From: a virus
Taxonomy: Duplodnaviria > Caudoviricetes
DNA length: 64,000 nt
Reading direction: 5' to 3' (one strand)
IMG/VR virus record: IMGVR_UViG_3300029288_004137
Location: 32,001-96,000 of that record
Part shown: one piece after another, positions 30,692 to 39,715 of the stretch
How positions within the stretch are numbered: the stretch's first letter is position 1
How the letters are laid out: every line of letters begins with the position of its first letter
Translations under genes and position numbers: made by a program
Notes under the pieces: model-generated
Told to the model about the DNA's origin: nothing
Database searches by the model: none
What the model saw: the letters and a program-made list of their open reading frames with translations, nothing else

Positions 30692-30870
30692 GGATAGAGA
30701 AAAGGGAACAATTAACAATTAGTTTATATTTCAAAATTAAATTTCAACCATCAAGCAATTAATGAAATTGCGGAACGTGGTATCACAGTTTAATTTTGAC
30801 TAATTTCAATATGGGTAATTAATCCATATATCCCTCATTAAAAACGAGAATTGTTCCCCTTTCTCTATCC
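30692..30870 (-). ncRNA. Long-stem structured ncRNA with its own promoter
   Basis: 22-bp stem with one G-U on the - strand; TTGACA/TATGCT promoter at about 30879-30907. Confidence 0.7.
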
Positions 30871-31521
30871 ATAAACTAAGCATATCACGCTTTTTTTCAA
30901 ATGTCAAGAAGAAAAAGCATTGGAAATGTTGTTCAGAATGTTGTATTCAAAAAACGAATTGTTTGTTCTCTGAGAAGTCCTAGATAAGACTCAAATTCTT
31001 CATCATAAAAACAATTTTCATCAATTGTTTTTTCAAATTCTTTATTTATAATAACATTGAATTGAGAATAAATATTTTCCCATAATTGAGATATAACCTT
31101 TTTTTGAAGATCATTTAACATTCTTCTACATTTCCTCTTTAAGAATATCAAGAATTCCAAGAATTTCTTCTTTTTCTTCAGAAGAATAAGAATCATAATT
31201 ATTGTTTAAATCATCAAGAACATCTTTATAAAATTCAAACATTTATTTTCAATCTTCTTCTTTTGATAGGTTAATAATATCAGCCATTTCTTCTTTAAGA
31301 GGGTTTCTCTTTCGCCTTCTTATTTCTTTTCTTTTAAAGCGGACAATACTTCTTTCCACATAATCATCACTTGCTTCTTTTTTGTTAGAATCTTCAAGAT
31401 AAGAATCTTCATCGAATCCAATGGATTCATCAAAAGCATCAGTTATGCGCTTAATCTTCTTCTTTCCCATTTAGAACATCCCTATCATTTAAACAAGTTA
31501 AACAATTAATAACAATTAAAG

Positions 31522-31593
31522 TGGAGAATAAGGGAATCGAACCCTTAAAATAAGATTGCAAATCTTATATTTTCCCAATTAAATTAATTCCCC
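31522..31593 (-). tRNA. tRNA-Ala(UGC)
   Basis: Loop TTTGCAA; G3:U70 pair. Confidence 0.93.
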
Positions 31594-31596
31594 AAT

Positions 31597-31866
31597 AAGT
31601 TAAAAATAGGATTCAAGAATAAACTTGTATTTATTAGCGATTTCTCCTCAATATCTAAAAAGTGCCCCTTACCACAAAATTGGTATTATTGACTTTTAAT
31701 TGAGAAGAAACCTGGCATATAGTGTGCCCCGTACTCCCATCGTTTTTATCATTAACCGATCTTTTGACAAGAGATGTTCTATACACTTCAAGATTTGAAT
31801 TTAAAATCTACAAAACAATTCAAGTCTTATATCTGCAAGTTTATTCCTGAATCCTATTTTTAACTT
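31597..31866 (-). ncRNA. Long-stem ncRNA forming the leader of tRNA-Ala
   Basis: 31-bp stem with one G-U; promoter at about 31878-31906; ends 3 nt before the tRNA. Confidence 0.72.
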
Positions 31867-32021
31867 TTCATGGTTCAATCATACCATACTTTTTTTCAAA
31901 TGTCAAGAACAAAATTCTACGGAAGATTCGTGCTTCACATGGAAATTAACTACTATGCCATTCTTAGCATGTTCAATTTCCATGTTAAAAAAATGAGGAC
32001 AAATTCCAGTTTTGTTTCCGA

Positions 32022-32223
32022 CAATTACATAGCGATCTCCTTTTTCTTTAAAATCCATCTGTTTTTGATAAGCAAAAACATGTACCTTTGAACAAATAGG
32101 ACAAATAGCAGAAAATTCCTTTCAATTACATAGCGATCTCCTTTTTCTTTAAAATCCATCTGTTTTTGATAAGCAAAAACATGTACCTTTGAACAAATAG
32201 GACAAATAGCAGAAAATTCCTTT
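32022..32223. repeat. 101-bp tandem duplication frameshifting a CPxC-family gene
   Basis: CAATTACATAGCG...AAAATTCCTTT occurs twice. Confidence 0.85.
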
Positions 32224-32340
32224 ACAGGAAAATAATAACATCCATAATCAATGCTATCCATGTTTATGCTTTTCCTTCTTCAACCGTTTATGCTTTAAGT
32301 ATAACATACCTTTTTTCAAATGTCAAGAAGAAAATAATAG

Positions 32341-32415
32341 CAGTGTGTATGAGATTTGAACTCATGATCCTCGACGTGACAGGCCGATGCATTAAACCAA
32401 CTATGCTAACACACT
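32341..32415 (-). tRNA. tRNA-Asp(GUC)
   Basis: Loop CTGTCAC; acceptor AGTGTGT/ACACACT. Confidence 0.93.
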
Positions 32416-32490
32416 AAAAAAATATTTCTTGAAATAACTGGAGTTAATACCAGTCTTTTTTCTTTTTTGTCAAGAAGAAAATGAATGGAA

Positions 32491-32910
32491 TTAAATTTCT
32501 TTACAAACATATAAATTTGCCGTTTCCGAATAATATCCATTGCTTGTTCCATACCATCGAATAGTAACAGATCCTTTTATGGTTCTGATATTGTAAAAAT
32601 ACCACGTTTGACTTTGACCATTAGGTTCATAACCATCATCACTATCATCCTCACTACACTTGTGTTTATAATCACAATAAGCACTGAGAATTTCAGTGTT
32701 TTCAAGATCTGACAAATCTCCACATATATCTTCAATAGATACATCTTCACAACAGTCTTGATCGTGATATTGAACATATCCCGAATTTGAATCTTTTAAC
32801 TGAAAAACAATACACTCTTTTTCATCATATCCAATATATGATTTAAAAACTTTGGAAAAAATTTTTCCTTCTAATTCTTTTTCGTCTATATATCCATATT
32901 CAGCATACAT
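32491..32910 (-). CDS. Conserved phage protein, paralog of 23638..24015
   Basis: Same motifs. Confidence 0.75.
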   Translation of the reverse strand: MYAEYGYIDEKELEGKIFSKVFKSYIGYDEKECIVFQLKDSNSGYVQYHDQDCCEDVSIEDICGDLSDLENTEILSAYCDYKHKCSEDDSDDGYEPNGQSQTWYFYNIRTIKGSVTIRWYGTSNGYYSETANLYVCKEI

Positions 32911-33641
32911 TTTTATATTTCCTTCAATTTTTAATAAGAGAAACAATGAAGTTTTTGATATTTAATATAATCCCACCATAAGATCAGTAAATCTAAATAA
33001 TCAGAATGTTTTTTACTAGAAATCATTTTAACAAATTCATCTTTTGTCCAAAGATGAAGAGACATATTTATATTATAACCCCTTCTCTTCAGAATTTGAA
33101 AAGATTTCTTTATCCATCTTTGCTTTTTTGTTATCTTTCCCTTTTTTGAAGATACCACTTCCTCTTTTTCTTGAAGAATATTCCTAATTTCTTTTTTTAC
33201 TTTCTCTTTTGGAGAGAAAGGGTATTTTGTATGGCAATAGGTTTTTATAGAATATGCTTTCATTGTATTTCTTCTTTTTCAACCGTTTATGCTTTAAATA
33301 TAACACACCTTTTTTTAAATGTCAAGAAAAAAATTCTTCAATCAAATCAACGCATTTCACTTTCTCATAAGAGAAGGATGTTTCTTCTCATCAAAGAAAC
33401 TTTTTCCATCTTTATTAAAGAAAAAAACATCTGTTAATTCTTTCATATCTTTAAAGATAATTTCACTGTTTTCTTCATCGGATTCTTTAATAATCTTCAG
33501 AATAAGACATTTATTGATTTTTCGATGCTTTTTGTTAGCAATTTTCTTATCGCCCTTTTCTGAAGAACAAGAAGTAAAACCACAAATAGGAGATTTCTTA
33601 AACGAATGAGACATCATACTCCTCTTTTTATTTATAAATAG

Positions 33642-33714
33642 TGAGACAAGAGAGACTTGAACTCTCAACTCTCGGGTTAAAAGCCCGATACTCTACCAAT
33701 TGAGTTATTGTCTC
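33642..33714 (-). tRNA. tRNA-Lys(UUU)
   Basis: Arm TCGGG-CTTTTAA-CCCGA. Confidence 0.93.
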
Positions 33715-33849
33715 GATAAATTTTCAAAGAAAAAGAGGCTTGGATTATAAGCCTAAGCCAATAATAACAAACCCCTTTTACGCAAGTTTTTCTTTTAGAC
33801 AAAAACTCGCACTTTTGATTTATTGTTGTGATAACAATAAAGAAAAGAG

Positions 33850-33921
33850 TATCGCCATGGAGAATTGAACTCCAATACTAAGCGTGAAAGGCTTATAAAC
33901 TATCCGTTGTTTTATGGCGAT
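33850..33921 (-). tRNA. tRNA-Glu(UUC)
   Basis: Arm TAAGC-CTTTCAC-GCTTA. Confidence 0.9.
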
Positions 33922-33941
33922 AAAATAACCATTAACTTCTG

Positions 33942-34014
33942 CGGATCAATTAGGACTTGAACCTAAAACCCCTCGGTTAACAGCCGAGCGCTCTACCAAT
34001 TGAGCTACTGACCC
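33942..34014 (-). tRNA. tRNA-Asn(GUU)
   Basis: Arm CTCGG-CTGTTAA-CCGAG. Confidence 0.92.
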
Positions 34015-34032
34015 TTATTATTCAATATTATG

Positions 34033-34105
34033 CGGGCCAATTAGGACTTGAACCTAAAACCTTTTGTTTTGGAGACAAATACTCTGCCAATTGAGTTACT
34101 GACCC
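34033..34105 (-). tRNA. tRNA-Trp(CCA)
   Basis: Arm TTTGT-CTCCAAA-ACAAA. Confidence 0.92.
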
Positions 34106-34112
34106 TTATTCA

Positions 34113-34355
34113 AAAATTTAAAAGAAAACATGAATATGAAAAAAAATATATCTTAAAGTATCATCATTATCATTATAAGACAACATAAATCAACATGACT
34201 TTTTTCTGCTGCAAATCTTGAAGAAACAAAATATTCAACGAGATCAAGATGACCATTTATATAAAGTAATTAAGTAATTAAAAAACAAAGCGCACCGTGT
34301 TCAACAAGGTATTTAACAACATCAAACATCATATTCATGTTTTCTTTTAAATTTT
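34113..34355 (-). ncRNA. Long-stem ncRNA enclosing tiled ankyrin-gene fragments
   Basis: Perfect 27-bp inverted repeat; interior has four ankyrin-like segments; 7 nt upstream of tRNA-Trp. Confidence 0.7.
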
Positions 34356-34370
34356 CAAATAACAAAATCT

Positions 34371-34415
34371 TGTCCGGGAGGATTCTACTCCGTTGAATAA
34401 CTATCCTCCCGGACA
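34371..34415 (-). ncRNA. GC-rich hairpin at the start of the transcript from the promoter at about 34431-34459
   Basis: TGTCCGGGAGGAT/ATCCTCCCGGACA; TTGACT-N17-TAGAAT upstream. Confidence 0.55.
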
Positions 34416-34465
34416 CGATTAACAGATTCAATTCTATCAGATAAAATTTCAAAAGTCAAGAGAAA

Positions 34466-34723
34466 AATGGGGGTTCAGCAAGAGAAACCTATCTGATTGC
34501 AGATTTTAATCTCTTTTCTAATCCTTTATTAGAACAAAGGGCCAAACCCCCATTCTGTACTCTCATTCGCAAAGAATATCAATCATATGAGATATATATG
34601 GGTTGATAATTCTTCACTTGCAAAGGTCACAAACAAGAAACGGATTATTCTGTTGTAACATTAAACATTGCTAAGTCATTCTATGCAAATCCATCTACAT
34701 TTCGAAGTAACTTATGAGAGTAC
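34466..34723 (-). ncRNA. Two adjacent structured RNA domains behind a promoter and a boxA-like motif
   Basis: Stems GTACTCTCAT/ATGAGAGTAC and AATGGGGGTT/AACCCCCATT; no ORF. Confidence 0.55.
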
Positions 34724-34806
34724 CTATAAATTTTAAAGAACAATTTTCAACTCTTCATACTCTAAGTATAGCACATTCAATTTCAAAAGTCAAGTGTTTT
34801 TTTTAG

Positions 34807-34891
34807 AGGAAAGAAAGGGATTTGAACCCTTGGGGCTTTAAAACCCACTAGTTTTCAGGACTAGCGCCTTAAACCACTCGGCCATCTTTCC
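34807..34891 (-). tRNA. tRNA-Ser(UGA)
   Basis: Long variable arm; loop CCTGAAA (C at position 33). Confidence 0.88.
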
Positions 34892-34962
34892 CAACGCTTC
34901 ATAAACCAATCATAACACACTTGACTTCAAAAGTCAAGAAAAAAATTCTTCAATCAAATCAG

Positions 34963-35034
34963 AGCCCTTCATCGGACTTGAACCGACAACCCCCTGCTTA
35001 CAAGGCAGGAGCTCTACCATTGAGCTAAAAGGGC
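34963..35034 (-). tRNA. tRNA-Thr(UGU)
   Basis: Arm CCTGC-CTTGTAA-GCAGG. Confidence 0.93.
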
Positions 35035-35041
35035 AACATAG

Positions 35042-35126
35042 TGCTGAAAGAGGGATTTGAACCCTCACGGTTTATACAACCGAGGGATTTTGAATCCCTT
35101 GTGTCTCCCATTTCCACCATAACAGC
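35042..35126 (-). tRNA. tRNA-Leu(CAA)
   Basis: Loop TTCAAAA; long variable arm; two acceptor mismatches. Confidence 0.85.
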
Positions 35127-35138
35127 AGTAAAATATAG

Positions 35139-35221
35139 TGCTGAAGGAGGGATTCGAACCCTCATGTTTTATAAACGAAGGATTCTAAATCCTTTGTGTA
35201 TACCAATTCCACCACGATAGC
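35139..35221 (-). tRNA. tRNA-Leu(UAG)
   Basis: Loop TTTAGAA; three acceptor mismatches. Confidence 0.8.
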
Positions 35222-35281
35222 ATCGAAATATGGTGCTGAAGGAGGGATTCGAACCCTCATGACCTATGGTCGAGAGATTTT

Positions 35282-35980
35282 CATACCACTATGATTTTCA
35301 TCACTATGTTTCTACGTTTATAGAAAACATATTTGTAGCCTGGACTATGCCTTTACCTTATCTTATACTACTTAGTATAAGACTTAGGTAGTTACCGTCT
35401 AGTCTCTACACTTTCTTTTCTAAAGGAGAATCATAATGCGATTATTAAAGTATTCTGAAAAACAATTAATAGAGGCTGTTTTAACTTCTACAAGTAAACG
35501 TCAAGTTCTTTTAAAACTTAATGTAAAAGCATGTGGAGGAAATTATACTGTTCTTACCAAAGCAATAAAATATTTTAAATTAAACATATCTCATTTTACT
35601 GGAAAGGCTTGGAACAAAGGTAAAAAATTTACTAAAAAATCTCTTGAATGTTATTTAACAAACGATATTCAAATTCAATCTAATAAATTGAAAAAAAGAC
35701 TTTTAGCAGAGAAAAAATTTCCTTATCAATGCTCTAATTGTAAAAGAACAACCTGGCTTAAATGTCAAATACCTTTAGAACTTCATCATAAAGATGGAAA
35801 TTCTAAGAATAACAAGATAGACAATCTAACTTTATTATGTCCAAATTGTCATTCAATGACCACATCATATTGCCGTAGAAAAGCTTAGCTCGGCGTTGTC
35901 ATGCAAATAAATTTGTTTAGATTTCACCGAATTTGGCAACATTCACATAAAGATTTCTCGCTTATGTGCTCAAATCAAAT
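35282..35980 (-). mobile_element. Group I self-splicing intron (699 nt)
   Basis: Inserted after U34, ends in G; P7 AGACTA/TAGTCC (GTAGAGACTAGACGG...GCATAGTCCA). Confidence 0.88.
35436..35888 (+). CDS. HNH endonuclease encoded antisense within the intron
   Basis: CSNC...LELHHKDGNSKNNKIDNLTLLCPNCH; SD AAGGAG. Confidence 0.9.
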   Translation: MRLLKYSEKQLIEAVLTSTSKRQVLLKLNVKACGGNYTVLTKAIKYFKLNISHFTGKAWNKGKKFTKKSLECYLTNDIQIQSNKLKKRLLAEKKFPYQCSNCKRTTWLKCQIPLELHHKDGNSKNNKIDNLTLLCPNCHSMTTSYCRRKA

Positions 35981-36021
35981 AAGTCTCTTGCGTCTACCAT
36001 TCCGCCACAACAGCATTACAG

Positions 36022-36104
36022 TGCTATTGGAGGGACTTGAACCCCCACGATCTAAGATCAAAGGATTCTAAATCCTTTGTGTCTCCCATTTCCACCACAA
36101 TAGC
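36022..36104 (-). tRNA. tRNA-Leu(UAG), second copy
   Basis: Perfect acceptor GCTATTG/CAATAGC. Confidence 0.92.
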
Positions 36105-36737
36105 AGTTTATAATATATTATATCAAAGATTCAATTGCTCTATTTTTCTTTGTTTCTTTTCTATCATTAGAAAAAAATAGCAAATTCCATACTTCGCAAT
36201 GAGAACAACTTTTATCTTTACATGTAAGACTACATGTATCAATTTTATGATCTAATGAAATATCAATATGATACTTACTTTTTTCTAACATAATCCGTGT
36301 ATCCATATATATCTCTCAAAATGTTTGTCCTATGCCCATAAGTCCTTTCCACAAGATTATAATCTGAATTATTCTCAGATAAATCTGGAAAATAGGTATC
36401 AATCATATAAGCCATGAATTTTGTTGCCAAAACAAACGCTTCTTCCTCAGAAGCGGCTGTCTCAATAACTTCAGCTGCATTAAGAAAATTATTTATCAAA
36501 TCTTCTTGATAACTTCTTTCTTCATTCATAGTGATTATTCCCCTTCTTTAAAAGATATATAGTATCTCATCAGAAGTAAAATTGAAATTATAAGCACCAA
36601 AAAAATTGATAGAATACATTTTATTCATTCCTTATTTTTAAAAAAAAGGATTCATGGCAGAATTCATCTGCAATTACTTTCCAGAAAAGATTAACTGGCA
36701 TGAATCCAAATCTTTATCTATAATACTGATACGAGAA

Positions 36738-37277
36738 TCAAAGACCCATAGTATCAGAAACTTCGGAGATATCCGAAGTATCAGAAACTTCCGAATCATC
36801 AGAAACTACCGATCCGTCATCCAAAAAAGATTCAGAAACTTCTACTTCCGAATCATCATCATTGTCATTGTCATCATCCAAATCCTCGGAAACCTCGGAA
36901 ACCTTTACGGTATCCGTATTCGTTTCCGTTACTTCTTCGGTAACGACGGGAGTAGACTTCCTTGCCTTTTCCCTTTCCCCTTCCGCCTCAAAATCCCGAA
37001 TCATATCGATAGCCTTTGTAAGGCTAGCAACCTCGACGACACAAGGACGTTCATCGCCTTCGGGGGTGACAATGACATCCACGCCTTTGACAACCATCTC
37101 AACTCCAAAGGTCTTGGAATTTGCCTTGTTATCAAAGTCACAAGAGAAGAACAACTTTCCCTTGGGCCCTTCAACCTCGAAGATTCCATCCTGATCTTCA
37201 CTGTCACCATTAGCGGTGAGACAAATACCTACATCATTCATCCGAAAAATCTTATCAAGCGCACTGTCCTTTCTCAT
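36738..37277 (-). CDS. Protein with long acidic Ser/Asp/Glu-rich tail
   Basis: Own promoter and SD; visibly higher GC than surroundings. Confidence 0.7.
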   Translation of the reverse strand: MRKDSALDKIFRMNDVGICLTANGDSEDQDGIFEVEGPKGKLFFSCDFDNKANSKTFGVEMVVKGVDVIVTPEGDERPCVVEVASLTKAIDMIRDFEAEGEREKARKSTPVVTEEVTETNTDTVKVSEVSEDLDDDNDNDDDSEVEVSESFLDDGSVVSDDSEVSDTSDISEVSDTMGL

Positions 37278-37440
37278 AACAATTTCCTTTCTTAAGGTTA
37301 TTAAATTTAACTAATCTACAAACCATCATACCATACTTTTTTTAGGTTGTCAAGAGAAAAAGTGTTTCGAAATGTTTTTCCTTTTTCAACCGTTCATGCC
37401 TTAAGCATACCACAACTTTTTTCAAATGTCAAGAGAAAAA

Positions 37441-37765
37441 CGATGGGAAATTAATTTCCCATCGTTCTCCCTTGTGCTATGCTATAGCAAGCATAATCCG
37501 TTATTAAAAACCTAAAGATTCACGGATTTACAAAATTCTTTAGGCTTATATTGCCTGCTTAATCTACTTTACAGGAAGATAACATATGCAGGCTAATATA
37601 TGTTATCCGCTTTATTGTGTTATAAAGGAAAAACTAATAAGTGCTTTATAACACAATAAAAATGTATACTATGATAGAGATGTACGAAAAAATATGTACC
37701 TCATAGTATAGTATTAAAATTACCCGTATGGGCGACTGCCCTATTTATCAATGTGCCACGGGCAA
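37441..37765 (-). ncRNA. Multi-hairpin structured RNA between two promoters
   Basis: At least five hairpins (e.g. TTTATTGTGTTATAAAG/CTTTATAACACAATAAA); no ORF. Confidence 0.6.
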
Positions 37766-38209
37766 ACAACACAATTCTTTTTCAATCGTTCATGTCTTAA
37801 TCATACCATAACTTTTTTCAAATGTCAAGAGAAAAATTTTTCAAAATGTGAAATGTTTTTCTTTTTCAATCGTTCATGCCTTAAGTATGACATACTTTTT
37901 TTCAAAAGTCAAGAAAAAAGTGAATGGCAAAATATTTTTATTTTAAGTGCAATTATCACAAATATTTATATCCACTCCTCTTTTCTTCTTCTTCTTTTTC
38001 TTCCTTCTCTCTTTCAAATTCAATTCTGGCATTAAAGAGATTATCTTCAGCTTCATAAATTGGTTTTCTATCGAGATAATATTCATATTCTTCAATAAAA
38101 TGAGGACCATGCTCATCATTAAAACCAGGAATAAATTCCATAATATCTTCTTTATATTTTCTTTTTGCCAAAAGCAATTTATACTCTAATTCAATTATTG
38201 TTGATAATT

Positions 38210-38641
38210 TCATTTAATTATTATCCTCTCCAATATTAAGTATTTAATATAAAGATTGTCAATCTGAAAAAACAATTCTTTTAATTCCATAACAGAATGT
38301 AAAGAAAGTAAATATTCAACCATATTAAAATGTTTATTTTCTGCCACTCTTTTTAAAAGATTACCACAACCATTAAAAAGAAGATGAAAATCAGCACCAT
38401 GCTCAATCAAACATTTGACAACATCAAAACGATTGTAAAATGCTGCAAACCATAAAGGACTATCGTTTTCAGCATGAATATTGGCACCATGCCCAATCAA
38501 ATATTTAACAATATCAAGATAGCCCTTTTCCGCGGCCCATCTTAAAGCAAGATCATCTTCAACATGAATATTATATCCATTTTCAATATAATATTTAACT
38601 TCTTGAATATTATTATTTATTACTGCATCAACGATATTCAT
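38210..38641 (-). CDS. Ankyrin-repeat protein
   Basis: Ankyrin repeats plus LILER tail. Confidence 0.9.
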   Translation of the reverse strand: MNIVDAVINNNIQEVKYYIENGYNIHVEDDLALRWAAEKGYLDIVKYLIGHGANIHAENDSPLWFAAFYNRFDVVKCLIEHGADFHLLFNGCGNLLKRVAENKHFNMVEYLLSLHSVMELKELFFQIDNLYIKYLILERIIIK

Positions 38642-38687
38642 TATATAACCTTTCTAACATTAATTAATAGAATCAATTTTATTGAAT

Positions 38688-39008
38688 CTATTTTTTTGAT
38701 ATTTTCTTTTCATTTAATTTTTTCAATATTAAAAACTTAAGGTGTAATAACTCAGATTTCCCTATAGAATCCATATCATAATATACATCAAAAAAAGAAA
38801 AGAATTCTTTTAATTCAAATTCATAAAGGAAACTTATTAAATATTCAAAAATATCCCAATGTTTTCTTTCTTCTGCAAGAAGAACAGGTTCATATTTATT
38901 AAATCGAATATCAGCACCTTGTTCAACATTATATTTTACCAAATCAAATCTACCAATTTGAACTGATATTTTTAAATCATAATTAAGTTTATTACTTTTG
39001 TTTTTCAT
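38688..39008 (-). CDS. Divergent ankyrin-repeat protein
   Basis: GRFDLVKYNVEQGADIR. Confidence 0.65.
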   Translation of the reverse strand: MKNKSNKLNYDLKISVQIGRFDLVKYNVEQGADIRFNKYEPVLLAEERKHWDIFEYLISFLYEFELKEFFSFFDVYYDMDSIGKSELLHLKFLILKKLNEKKISKK

Positions 39009-39715
39009 CGTCTTTCCCATATTGACATATAGGACAAAATTGTTTTTCAATATCAAATAATTCTGAAAGACAATTAGGACATTTATATGGTGTATATCCA
39101 CAAAATATACATTTACATTCATTTATATGAACGAACAATGTTTCTTTTTGACAATGAGGACAAAGTTTAAACATTTTTATTCCTTACTATTTTTTCAGAT
39201 ATTTTTATAATTGAACACTTTTTACATTTAGTAATGCTTTCATCAGAAAACCAAAAGTATCCTGCTGCTACTAATAAACAATTTACCAATACCATGATTA
39301 TTATACCCATTTTATTGTTTTACCTGTCGTGTTATTAGTGCTTTTGCAAGCATTTCTTTAACAGCTTTCTCATTTTGTCTAAAGAAAAAAGACATTATAT
39401 TTAAAGGGCAATTCAAACACTCATTAAGTTTTAATGTGTTTTTTTTCACATTAAAACTTAATTCTGAAGAATACATAAAACAATATCCTGCAAAAAAAGC
39501 AAAAAAAGCAATGATATAAATCATATTTCTTTCTCTTTTTCAGAATTTAAACTTTCTTTTACTTCTGAAGAAACCAAAGATTGCATAAGAGCATTAAACA
39601 TGTCTACACATTTCAAGCACAAAAAAACCTGCTTTGTTTTTTGTTTTTGAGAAGCCAATAGCACTCCCAATCCAAAAGAAATAATTCCTAGAACAATGCC
39701 TGTAAAGATTTCCAT

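Larger units (their letters stand above)
35231..36014 (-). tRNA. tRNA-Leu(UAA) split by a group I intron (exons 36014-35981 and 35281-35231)
   Basis: Joined loop CTT|AAAA; encoded CCA. Confidence 0.9.

Noticed and set aside
25741-31866. MITE or IS terminal inverted repeats
   Set aside because: No target-site duplication or transposase seen, interiors differ, and mismatches are strand-specific G-U pairs, favouring RNA stems
34270-34452. ORF-track 60-aa protein containing FDVVKYLVEHGA
   Set aside because: Starts inside a promoter spacer, crosses a hairpin and stem, and has no SD; treated as part of the ncRNA element
36654-37295. 213-aa + strand ORF
   Set aside because: Antisense to the promoter- and SD-supported gene 36738..37277
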